Virus record (IMG/VR): IMGVR_UViG_3300025626_000004
DNA: 64,000 bases
From: a virus
Reading direction: 5' to 3' (one strand)
Below, in pieces: positions 48,883 to 57,426 of the stretch (the stretch's first letter is position 1; every line of letters begins with the position of its first letter). A model generated the notes under the pieces. The model saw nothing but the letters and a program-made list of their open reading frames with translations. It was not told where the DNA came from and ran no database searches. The position numbers were made by a program, and so were the translations under genes.

Positions 48883-49926
48883 ATGAGTGTAATGGATAAA
48901 CTAAAGAAAAACTCTAAGCTAAAACATACTGAGGTGTTATCTGAAAGTAAGTTCTTTAATGATAAAGATATGACATCAACATCTGTCCCTATGATAAACG
49001 TTGCTTTGTCGGGTTCTATTGACGGTGGATTAAATCCTGGTTTGACAGTTCTTGCCGGGCCATCAAAACACTTTAAAACCTCGTTTGCTTTACTTATGGC
49101 CGCCGCTTATATGAAAAAACATAGCGATGCTGTGATGTTATTCTATGATTCAGAGTTTGGTTCTCCTGAGGCATACTTTGAACAATTTGGTATTGATACA
49201 AGTCGTGTCCTTCATACTCCAATCACCAATGTCGAAGAATTAAAATTCGATTTGATTGCGCAGCTTGAAGCACTTGATACTAAAGATAATGTCATTGTTG
49301 TTATCGACTCTATCGGTAATTTGGCTTCTAAGAAAGAAATGGAAGACACAATTAACGAGAAATCAGTTGCTGATATGTCTCGTGCTAAAGCGCTAAAAGG
49401 TTTGTTCCGAATGACAACGCCTTATCTTGCTATGAAAAACATTGTATTACTTGCTATCAATCACACATATCAAGAGATTGGTTTGTATCCAAAGGCTATT
49501 GTTTCTGGTGGTACAGGTATTTACTATTCAGCAAATAATATTTGGATTCTTGGCCGCCGCCAAAATAAGAAAGGTACAGAAATTGCAGGTTATGATTTTG
49601 TTATCAACATCGAAAAATCTCGATTTGTTAAAGAAAAATCTAAGATCCCAATTACAGTATCATGGGAAGGTGGCGTAGAAACTTATAGCGGGCTGCTTGA
49701 AGTAGCCCTTGCTGGTGGATATGTTACAAAACCTTCGAATGGTTGGTATGCACATGTCGATCGGAATACAGGCGAAGTTAGCGAAAATAAAGTTAGAGAG
49801 TCTGCAACCCTTAATAAAGAATTCTGGGATCCTATCTTTGATGGTACGGACTTTAAAGAGTTTGTTAAGAAACAATATACAATCGGATATAAATCGGATA
49901 TTGATATGGATGAACTAGTTCAATGA
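48883..49926 (+). CDS. uvsX: RecA-like recombinase UvsX
   Basis: AGPSKHFKT, YDSEFG, DSIGNLAS, SGGTGIYYSA, KSRFVKEK. Confidence 0.96.
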   Translation: MSVMDKLKKNSKLKHTEVLSESKFFNDKDMTSTSVPMINVALSGSIDGGLNPGLTVLAGPSKHFKTSFALLMAAAYMKKHSDAVMLFYDSEFGSPEAYFEQFGIDTSRVLHTPITNVEELKFDLIAQLEALDTKDNVIVVIDSIGNLASKKEMEDTINEKSVADMSRAKALKGLFRMTTPYLAMKNIVLLAINHTYQEIGLYPKAIVSGGTGIYYSANNIWILGRRQNKKGTEIAGYDFVINIEKSRFVKEKSKIPITVSWEGGVETYSGLLEVALAGGYVTKPSNGWYAHVDRNTGEVSENKVRESATLNKEFWDPIFDGTDFKEFVKKQYTIGYKSDIDMDELVQ

Positions 49927-50231
49927 TTAATGTAAATAAGGTTTCTGAGGGGCTCGACTATGAGTTGATCCCCGCACAAAATAATAATGAGCAGGCTTGG
50001 CACGTTAGATGCCTGACCGGACCATTTCCAGAGACAGTTTTGTCTTTTGGTAATCTGAGCATCGATGGTAAAGATGAGGCTATTCATTTTAATTTTACTG
50101 TAGTTGAATCACCTGATCCCGACTTATCGCCTGACAATCAGGCATTGCAAGTCTGGTGTGGTGAGATCCTACACGATATTATTGAAATGGGTATTAGTAA
50201 GGGCGAAGTGCAATTAACAGATAAAACATGA
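49923..50231 (+). CDS. hypothetical protein in gp40 position
   Basis: Synteny uvsX-gp40-gp41. Confidence 0.55.
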   Translation: MINVNKVSEGLDYELIPAQNNNEQAWHVRCLTGPFPETVLSFGNLSIDGKDEAIHFNFTVVESPDPDLSPDNQALQVWCGEILHDIIEMGISKGEVQLTDKT

Positions 50232-50238
50232 GGAATAA

Positions 50239-50676
50239 ATGAAAATTTTAATTATGGGATTACCAGGTTCTGGCAAAACTTGGTTGGCAGAAAGGTTGCA
50301 AAAAAGATTAGATTGCGCATGGTTCAATGCCGATAAAGTTCGTGAGATGGCTAATGACTGGGAGTTTTCCGAAGCTGCCAGATATCGCCAAGCACATCGA
50401 ATGGCATCTATTGCTAACCATGAAAAGTATCACGATCGTACGGTTATATGTGATTTTGTCTGTCCGACTGAAGTTACTAGAGCTATTTTTGATGCTGACT
50501 ATACTGTATGGATGGATACAATCAAAGAAGGTCGATTCAATGATACTAACAAGATGTTTCAGAGTCCACCTCAGAAGGATGTTAACTACCACGTTTCTAA
50601 GTGGTTTGATGACACGGATGAAAAACTAGTTGATGCTATTCATAGGCATATTGACATAAAAAACAAAGGAGAATAA
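50239..50676 (+). CDS. adenylyl-sulfate kinase (CysC)-like P-loop kinase
   Basis: MGLPGSGKT, NADKVR, DWEFS..AR, DFVCP. Confidence 0.7.
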   Translation: MKILIMGLPGSGKTWLAERLQKRLDCAWFNADKVREMANDWEFSEAARYRQAHRMASIANHEKYHDRTVICDFVCPTEVTRAIFDADYTVWMDTIKEGRFNDTNKMFQSPPQKDVNYHVSKWFDDTDEKLVDAIHRHIDIKNKGE

Positions 50677-50679
50677 AGC

Positions 50680-51090
50680 ATGTTCGATTGGAAAGCGCCT
50701 ACAACTCAAATGTTAGGACGTTGGCAGCCTTGGCATAAAGGCCATACAGAATTGTTTCGTAAGGCACATAACCTAACTGGACAAGTTGCTATTATGATCC
50801 GTGATGTAGGTGGAATTGTTGGTCAGGATGCTGGTGGAGGTAGGACAAACGAGCAAGTTGATAATCCATTTGATTTTACTTTTGTCTCTCAACAAATAAT
50901 TACTGCCTTGTCAAATCAAGGGTATACAGTTAATATAGATTATGTTATAATGGAAGTACCGAACATTGTAGATATTAGTTATGGACGTGGTGTAGGTTAT
51001 ACATTCACAGAGCACGATCTTGGCGAAGATATTCATAATATTTCTGCCACTAAGATTCGTGCTAAAATGAGAGATGAGGGACTTCTTTGA
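50680..51090 (+). CDS. HxGH nucleotidyltransferase
   Basis: GRWQPWHKGH, YGRGVGY, ISATKIR. Confidence 0.75.
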   Translation: MFDWKAPTTQMLGRWQPWHKGHTELFRKAHNLTGQVAIMIRDVGGIVGQDAGGGRTNEQVDNPFDFTFVSQQIITALSNQGYTVNIDYVIMEVPNIVDISYGRGVGYTFTEHDLGEDIHNISATKIRAKMRDEGLL

Positions 51091-52454
51091 ATATAAACAT
51101 TGAACAAACTATCCTACGTAATCTGCTTGTGAACGAGCCGTTTATGCGTAAGGTTCTACCGTTCGTTAAGCCTGAATATTTTGAAGGTGTATATCGTCAA
51201 CTCTATAAAGAAGTTGGTAAATACGTAGCAAAATATAATAGGCTGCCTTCGGCCGAAACATTTAAGATTGAAATTGATCAAGCAGATACGTTTTCTGATG
51301 AGCAATACCGGCATGCTATTGAAATCATGCCGGAGATCTTTAAGGCTGAACAGACTGATAACGAATGGCTTATTGATACTACAGAGAAGTGGTGCCAAGA
51401 CAGAGCAATTCATAATGCTATTATGGACTCCATTCATATTATTGATGGTAAACATGAAACTCTTACGAAGAATGCTATTCCTGATGTTCTAACAAAAGCT
51501 CTGTCTATATCCTTTGATCCTAACATTGGTCACGATTATCTTGATGACGCAGCAAAAAGATTTGATTTTTATAACCTAGCTGAAGAACGAGTGCCATTTG
51601 ACCTTGAATCATTCAACACAATTACTAAAGGCGGCTTGCCAAATAAAACATTGAATATTGCTCTTGCCGGAACCGGCGTTGGTAAATCATTGTTCATGTG
51701 CCACGTAAGTGCAGCGGCATTATCACAGGGAAAGAATGTACTATATCTCACTATGGAGATGAGTGAAGAACGTATTGCTGAGCGTATTGACGCTAACTTG
51801 TTAAATGTTCCGATCGATCAACTTGATAAGATGACTAAGGATATGTTTACTGAAAAGGTGGCTAAGATCAAACGTAGCACTGGTGGTAAACTCATTGTGA
51901 AAGAATATCCTACTGGTTCGGCTCACGCTGGACACTTCAGGGCTTTGTTGAGTGAGTTAAAACTTAAGAAGCAATTTGTCCCTGATATTATCTGTATCGA
52001 CTATCTTAATATTTGTGCATCATCTCGTATGAAGGGCATGGGAGGATCTATCAATTCGTATAATCTTATTAAAGCAATCGCTGAGGAATTACGTGGACTT
52101 GCTGTCGAGTTCGACGTACCGATCATCTCTGCAACGCAGACGACTCGTAGTGGTTATGGTAACTCAGATGTTGGGCTTGAAGATACGTCCGAGTCTTTTG
52201 GATTACCCGCAACAGCAGATCTAATGTTTGCTCTTATATCAACCGAAGAGCTTGAGCAATCAGGTCAAATGATGGTTAAGCAATTAAAGAATAGATACAA
52301 CGATATTGGTATTAAGAAACGTTTTGTTGTAGGCCTAGATAGAGCTAAGATGAGACTGTTTGACGTCGATGAATCAGAACAGACATTGACCGATGATACG
52401 CCGACGTTTGATAAGAGCGAAATCAACGAACGTTTTAAAGACTTTAAAATTTAG
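51087..52454 (+). CDS. gp41: replicative helicase gp41
   Basis: LAGTGVGKS, EMSEERIAERIDAN, KEYPT, DYLNI, SESFGLPATAD, KQLKNRY. Confidence 0.96.
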   Translation: MNINIEQTILRNLLVNEPFMRKVLPFVKPEYFEGVYRQLYKEVGKYVAKYNRLPSAETFKIEIDQADTFSDEQYRHAIEIMPEIFKAEQTDNEWLIDTTEKWCQDRAIHNAIMDSIHIIDGKHETLTKNAIPDVLTKALSISFDPNIGHDYLDDAAKRFDFYNLAEERVPFDLESFNTITKGGLPNKTLNIALAGTGVGKSLFMCHVSAAALSQGKNVLYLTMEMSEERIAERIDANLLNVPIDQLDKMTKDMFTEKVAKIKRSTGGKLIVKEYPTGSAHAGHFRALLSELKLKKQFVPDIICIDYLNICASSRMKGMGGSINSYNLIKAIAEELRGLAVEFDVPIISATQTTRSGYGNSDVGLEDTSESFGLPATADLMFALISTEELEQSGQMMVKQLKNRYNDIGIKKRFVVGLDRAKMRLFDVDESEQTLTDDTPTFDKSEINERFKDFKI

Positions 52455-52476
52455 ATAAATAGAATGGAACGTACAA

Positions 52477-53121
52477 ATGAAGGTTAGGTTAATTGGTTAC
52501 ACTCAATCTACAGAACACCACATCGGCCTCGATACCACTGAAGACATCATCGCGTATTGCGCCCGTGTCTCCAATCCATCGGCCCAAGTTAACTCCGAAA
52601 CAGCCCCCAAATTACTTGCCTACCTTAAACGGCACAAGCACTGGTCCCCATTTGAAATGTGCTCAGCCACGCTTGAAGTCGAAACAACAAGAGACATTGC
52701 CCGACAATTCCTCAGGCATCGCTCCTTTTCCTTTCAAGAGTTTTCTCAGCGTTATGCTAATCCTAATGATATGGCTAATACTTTCGTACTGAGGGAAGCT
52801 AGGCTTCAAGACAATGCTAATAGGCAGAATTCAATTAAAACGGACGATGAATTACTTAAAAAAACTTGGATTGCTAAGCAAGAGCAAATTATTCATGAAG
52901 CAAAATTGGCTTACCAGTGGGCTATTGATAATGGTATTGCTAAAGAACAGGCTCGTGTTGTACTGCCTGAAGGTAATACCATATCTCGACTATATGTTAA
53001 TGGCACTATTCGTAGCTGGATTCATTATCTTGAGCTTCGTCAGGCTGATGGGACTCAGTTAGAACATATTCTGTTGGCACATGAGATTGCTAAAGTTATT
53101 AGTAAAATATTTCCAGTTTAG
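52477..53121 (+). CDS. thyX: flavin-dependent thymidylate synthase
   Basis: HWSPFE, RQFLRHRSFSFQEFSQRY, KEQARVVLP, RSWIHY. Confidence 0.95.
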   Translation: MKVRLIGYTQSTEHHIGLDTTEDIIAYCARVSNPSAQVNSETAPKLLAYLKRHKHWSPFEMCSATLEVETTRDIARQFLRHRSFSFQEFSQRYANPNDMANTFVLREARLQDNANRQNSIKTDDELLKKTWIAKQEQIIHEAKLAYQWAIDNGIAKEQARVVLPEGNTISRLYVNGTIRSWIHYLELRQADGTQLEHILLAHEIAKVISKIFPV

Positions 53122-53125
53122 TGTT

Positions 53126-53186
53126 TACTTCTGCCTCATTATAATATATGATAATTATAATATAAAAAAATAATGAGGCAGAAGTA
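53126..53186 (+). promoter_or_regulatory. 17-bp perfect inverted repeat sequestering the hydrolase SD/AUG, overlapped by promoter TTTACT-N17-TATGAT (53124..53152)
   Basis: TACTTCTGCCTCATTAT / ATAATGAGGCAGAAGTA. Confidence 0.75.
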
Positions 53187-53752
53187 TGAAATTTATAACA
53201 GTAGCTAGTATAGCATTTAACGCCATGTTCCTATCAGGAATAGCAATCGGCGGTACTTTGGCAATACAAGAAGATATTGCTAAAAAGCAACAAGTTCAAA
53301 TAGATATCAGTGCGAGCGTAGCCAATGCACTACGTCAGGAGCAGATTCAGTGTATGGCAACAAACATATATTTTGAAACACGTTCGGTATCTCTTGCAGA
53401 TGCAATGTCAGTTTCAGATGTTGTTTTAAATAGAGTTGCGTCTAATGACTATCCTAATAGTGTATGCGAAGTAGTTTATGATTCTGTATTAGTTAATGGT
53501 AAGCCAGCAAAAAACAAGTGCCAATTTTCATGGTATTGTGATGGCAAGTCAGATAATCCTAAAGATACAGAAGCTTGGGATAGAGCAATGAAGTTTGCTA
53601 GTGACATGATAATACATAGTAAATATCGTGGAGTAACAGAAGGCTCTACTCATTATCATGCATCATATGTGAAACCATATTGGGCTCCTACTTTGGATCG
53701 TGTTGCTCGTATTGGCAGCCACATATTTTATAGAGCAAAGGGAAGTAAATAA
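53186..53752 (+). CDS. SleB-like cell wall hydrolase (Hydrolase_2) with N-terminal signal/anchor
   Basis: CMATNIYFE.R, VVLNRV, YPNSVCEVV, CQFSWYCDGK, THYHASYVKPYW, IGSHIFY. Confidence 0.9.
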   Translation: MKFITVASIAFNAMFLSGIAIGGTLAIQEDIAKKQQVQIDISASVANALRQEQIQCMATNIYFETRSVSLADAMSVSDVVLNRVASNDYPNSVCEVVYDSVLVNGKPAKNKCQFSWYCDGKSDNPKDTEAWDRAMKFASDMIIHSKYRGVTEGSTHYHASYVKPYWAPTLDRVARIGSHIFYRAKGSK

Positions 53753-54051
53753 TGAAATTGAGTAAACAAAACATTGATTACAAATTTAGAGAGGGTGAAC
53801 TTATTACCGAGTTCCAAGAGTATATTGATAAAACATATTCTGGACATTACTCACAAAGCAAGTTTCAATCAACTGAAGTTATTATTGAACGTGGTCACGG
53901 AACTGGTTTCTGTATGGGCAATGTTGACAAATACTCTAATCGTTATGGTAAAAAAGGTACACGTACTGATGCCAGAAAAGATTTAATGAAAGTGCTCCAT
54001 TATGCGCTTATCCAATTATATATCCATGATAGTGAAGATGAAGCGTTATGA
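53752..54051 (+). CDS. DUF3310-like protein
   Basis: TYSGHY, GFCMGNVDKY..RYGKK, DLMKVLHY. Confidence 0.75.
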   Translation: MKLSKQNIDYKFREGELITEFQEYIDKTYSGHYSQSKFQSTEVIIERGHGTGFCMGNVDKYSNRYGKKGTRTDARKDLMKVLHYALIQLYIHDSEDEAL

Positions 54052-54281
54052 CTAAGATAACACCAGAGAATACGCCAAACAAATATGTAAGATGGTTTTG
54101 TTGGTTCATACAATTTAGATATGTATGGGACATTCAAACCTTATTTGAAAAATATCTTCCAATGGAAAAGGTATATCGAACTTTAGGGTTTGGTTTGTTT
54201 TGGTTTATATGGTTTTGTATGTTGATGTTTGTATTATACAAGATTACAGGAAGTATGGAATTCCTACTCTGGTTTGAATAG
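54048..54281 (+). CDS. hypothetical membrane protein
   Basis: Aromatic-rich transmembrane segment. Confidence 0.6.
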   Translation: MTKITPENTPNKYVRWFCWFIQFRYVWDIQTLFEKYLPMEKVYRTLGFGLFWFIWFCMLMFVLYKITGSMEFLLWFE

Positions 54282-54356
54282 TGTGATTATAATATTACAA
54301 ACCAAGAACATTGTACAAAAATACCCAGAACATCTAGATAGTTTAAATAAATAAAT

Positions 54357-54640
54357 CGTAAACGTTGAAGCAACGTGGACACATTCTGGACCTGGGGGCG
54401 GTACCCAGCAGCTCCACCAAATTTACTCTGTAGAGTAAAAACTGATAATTTACTTTGTAGAGTAAATTTGATGGGGCTGAAATAGGATCGACAGGTGTGA
54501 AGATGAAAGTGGAGTTTACCGGATGACTGCGTTATTGGTCAAAACTACTAACTGCAAACAATAACTTTGCACCTTCTGGATTTGCGCTAGCCGCATAATC
54601 ACAGGGAGCTGGCCACTTGCTTAGCAACAGAAAAGTGGCA
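54357..54640 (+). ncRNA. ssrA: permuted two-piece tmRNA (alphaproteobacterial type); tag (A)ANNNFAPSGFALAA*
   Basis: Acceptor piece with T-arm CTGGG-GGCGGTA-CCCAG and CAGCTCC-A-CCA (to 54419); coding piece starts GGGGCTGAAATAGGATCGAC (54473); G3:U70 pair; tag ORF 54554..54598; 3' GCCACTT..GCAACAGAAAAGTGGC helix. Confidence 0.93.
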
Positions 54641-54670
54641 CATATTTTTTTACAAACTTAAGGAACTAAC

Positions 54671-55051
54671 ATGAAAAATTTTGTTGCCACTTCTGTCGCA
54701 CTTCTTCTAACAACTACTGCTGTATCTGCGGCTGATCTTGGCATGGGCTTTTCGGCTGGTGGTGAAATCGTTTCTGAATACACATATGACGCAGAAAACA
54801 TGAACGTTACACTTACCCCTGAGGTTGGTTATACACTCGCTCTTGGTAGAGACATTGATTTTACAATGTCTACTGACTTAGAACTATATGATGATGAATT
54901 CGTAGCAAACAATGCATTTGATGATATTATTTTGGATCTTGAAGCATCAATGATGTTGATGAACTCTTTAGAAGCATACGCCAAAACATCGTATGATATT
55001 GAAGACGGTACTCGTGGAGAAATTTCTATGGGCCTAAGCTTCTCATTCTAA
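54671..55051 (+). CDS. secreted small outer-membrane beta-barrel-like protein
   Basis: Signal peptide (..AVSA/AD), alternating beta pattern, C-terminal GLSFSF. Confidence 0.65.
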   Translation: MKNFVATSVALLLTTTAVSAADLGMGFSAGGEIVSEYTYDAENMNVTLTPEVGYTLALGRDIDFTMSTDLELYDDEFVANNAFDDIILDLEASMMLMNSLEAYAKTSYDIEDGTRGEISMGLSFSF

Positions 55052-55097
55052 TGTTATAGATATTAGTATGGTTAGGTTGATCGCTTAATAGATCCGT

Positions 55098-55124
55098 GCC
55101 GGGCCATGGTTAGCCCGGCTTTTT
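55098..55124 (+). terminator. intrinsic terminator (possibly the 3' end of a small RNA)
   Basis: GCCGGGC-CATGGTTA-GCCCGGC-TTTTT. Confidence 0.8.
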
Positions 55125-55137
55125 ATTAAGGTAAAGT

Positions 55138-56073
55138 ATGAATTATTTTGAATTAACACCTGAAGAAAACACGTTTACTAATATTGTGGTAGATCTAACC
55201 CACAGGTGTAATATGGAATGTGCTAACTGCTATATTCCAAACAGGGATGTGCCTGACTTAGATAAAGATCGATTATATGATTTTTTATCGAGACTTCCAG
55301 AAAGAACATATATTCGTTTAATTGGTGCAGAACCAACTATGCGCACAGACTTACCAGAAATTATTACTAAAGTAAAAGAACTTGGCCATAGACCTAGCGT
55401 CACGACGAACGGATTAAAGCTTGCTAATAGATCATATGTTAAGAAGCTAAAGGATTCAGGGCTTCGCCTATTGCTTCACAGTATGAATGGCGCTGATAAT
55501 AATGCAACCTATAAAGAACTTGACAATGGTAATTGGGCTACTGTTAAGGTTAGAGCATTAGATAATATATTTGCTGAACGATTACCCATTAATACTGGTA
55601 CAATCATTGCTAAAGGCGTCAATGAGCATACGCTAGGTAGACAGATAGAGCTATTTGCCGAAAGAGCTATAGCAAATGGTATCAACTTCGATACAACAAC
55701 TCCGTACAATAGAATAACTCCGGTTCTTAGGATGAAATCCGTTGGAGCCATTGGTCGGTACATGGAGAATTCTTCTTACGATATGGATGAATTAATTGAT
55801 CTGTGTATAAGTCAACTTGGCGTTAATAGATCTGATATGTCTCAAACATCTGCCGGAGTAGTGAAGGCTGGACCACAATCGGGTGAAGCTTTAACTTCAT
55901 ATATGTTTAAATATAAATCAAAGGCCGGCACAATCCTTATTCGACTGATCGATTGGCAGACTGATGACGATGGAGTTATTGACCACGACAATCCGAATCG
56001 TGGAAGACTTACTGAAGATTTTACTATTGCACCATTTTTTGAGCACGTTAAAAAACATGAATACGGTTATTAG
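55138..56073 (+). CDS. radical SAM enzyme
   Basis: CNMECANC (CxxxCxxC), GAEPT, TTNG. Confidence 0.9.
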   Translation: MNYFELTPEENTFTNIVVDLTHRCNMECANCYIPNRDVPDLDKDRLYDFLSRLPERTYIRLIGAEPTMRTDLPEIITKVKELGHRPSVTTNGLKLANRSYVKKLKDSGLRLLLHSMNGADNNATYKELDNGNWATVKVRALDNIFAERLPINTGTIIAKGVNEHTLGRQIELFAERAIANGINFDTTTPYNRITPVLRMKSVGAIGRYMENSSYDMDELIDLCISQLGVNRSDMSQTSAGVVKAGPQSGEALTSYMFKYKSKAGTILIRLIDWQTDDDGVIDHDNPNRGRLTEDFTIAPFFEHVKKHEYGY

Positions 56074-56578
56074 AACTGATCCAAAATTTAGTACTGCATT
56101 AGATGCCGTTAAACAGATGGTATCAAAAATACCTGACGGTAGACTAAAACAAAACTATGGATATAAAAATTTACATACTGAAGACTGGGTTGCAATTTCT
56201 TTGTTCGAAAATGGATTTTCTTCTATTTCATATCGTTCAATATGGGAAAACAATTGTCGAATTCTTAATAGATTTTACAAAACGCCTGATGCACGATTTG
56301 AAAATGAAAAAAGAAAAGTATCTCAAACCACTTTAGATATGATTCAACAACAATTAGATATAGCCAAGATACTAGATTTTGATTGCGCCTTTATGAGTCG
56401 CGAAACTAAGACTCAGGCCTTTCTTCATTATAAGAAATTCTTGCCACAAAGTTGGCACGTAACAGACGATAAATACATTGCATGGAGAAGCGATGGTTTG
56501 TCAGTTTATCAACATCTCATGTGGACTCCGCTAAACAGTAACGAATTTATTATGGAGAAAGAAATATGCATGTCGTAA
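56057..56578 (+). CDS. hypothetical protein, GNAT-like fold suspected
   Basis: RILNRFY..P..R, QQLDIAK..DFDCAFMSRE. Confidence 0.5.
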   Translation: MNTVIRTDPKFSTALDAVKQMVSKIPDGRLKQNYGYKNLHTEDWVAISLFENGFSSISYRSIWENNCRILNRFYKTPDARFENEKRKVSQTTLDMIQQQLDIAKILDFDCAFMSRETKTQAFLHYKKFLPQSWHVTDDKYIAWRSDGLSVYQHLMWTPLNSNEFIMEKEICMS

Positions 56579-57426
56579 ATAATATTGATGAAGTCAATGC
56601 TTCTAGTATTAGACAGCTTGTTGGCGAGCATCGTACGGTTGTCATAAAAAATAAAAATCCGGTTTCACCAGAAAAGCTTATTGCCTTTTATAAAGAACTT
56701 GGTAATGTAGTAAAACAAAATGATAAGGTTACCGGAACTATAGCAACCGGTGAGTTGGTTAGAGTAAGGCAGAATGGATTATTTGCTGGCAAAGATGATG
56801 GTGAGCTTGAGTGGCATAGCGCTGGTATGAATAGAACCGGCCATGATGATATTGTGGCAATGTATATGAATCAGCCTGCAGAATCTGGCGGAGACACCCA
56901 CTTTACTGATCATCAAAGTGCCTGGCAAGATTTAGATGACGAGACAAAAGATCTTTGCCGCAAATTAAAATCTAAAGTAGTGACATATAATGCTACAATG
57001 AAATTAGAAAAAATGCATTACAAAAATGTATTTAGTGATGAGCAAACTATGATGGAGTTTCGCGACATTGATGGAAAGACAAGTTTTGAAAAACAGACCC
57101 CACGTAAGGACCTTGTAACAAAGCATCCTATCAATGGAAAAGAAGGGCTGTACTTTCCTTGGAGTGTAATCCGAGGATTTACCGGATTAGATCATAAAGA
57201 ACAACACGATTTATACTATATGTTAAAATCACATACTTTACAATATACTTCTACACATACGTGGGATGCATATGATATTGTACTAAGTGACCAACATCAT
57301 AGTTTACATAAGAGGGATGCATATGTTGGAGACCGTGAATTATGGAGAGCTGGAATCTGCCTACGACCTAAGGCAGAGTTTGTTGAAGAATGGACTTGTG
57401 AAAGTCTCATGTCCGAAGCCTCTTAA
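56566..57426 (+). CDS. TauD/TfdA-family Fe(II)/2OG enzyme with HxA motif
   Basis: LEWHSAG, GGDTHFTD, LVTKHPING, WDAYDIVLSD, SLHKR, RELWR. Confidence 0.85.
   Translation: MHVVNNIDEVNASSIRQLVGEHRTVVIKNKNPVSPEKLIAFYKELGNVVKQNDKVTGTIATGELVRVRQNGLFAGKDDGELEWHSAGMNRTGHDDIVAMYMNQPAESGGDTHFTDHQSAWQDLDDETKDLCRKLKSKVVTYNATMKLEKMHYKNVFSDEQTMMEFRDIDGKTSFEKQTPRKDLVTKHPINGKEGLYFPWSVIRGFTGLDHKEQHDLYYMLKSHTLQYTSTHTWDAYDIVLSDQHHSLHKRDAYVGDRELWRAGICLRPKAEFVEEWTCESLMSEAS

Noticed and set aside
12896-52454. Inteins, introns or homing endonucleases in gp17, uvsW, gp43, uvsX and gp41
   Set aside because: All are uninterrupted and of normal length; no LAGLIDADG, GIY-YIG or HNH motifs were seen
54392-54419. tRNA-Ala gene or integration-site remnant
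   Set aside because: No anticodon arm; the matching 5' acceptor strand lies downstream with a tag ORF, so it is a permuted tmRNA
57323-57426. Programmed frameshift fusing the two TauD genes
   Set aside because: Both ORFs are complete domains and no slippery site is evident; a simple overlap suffices
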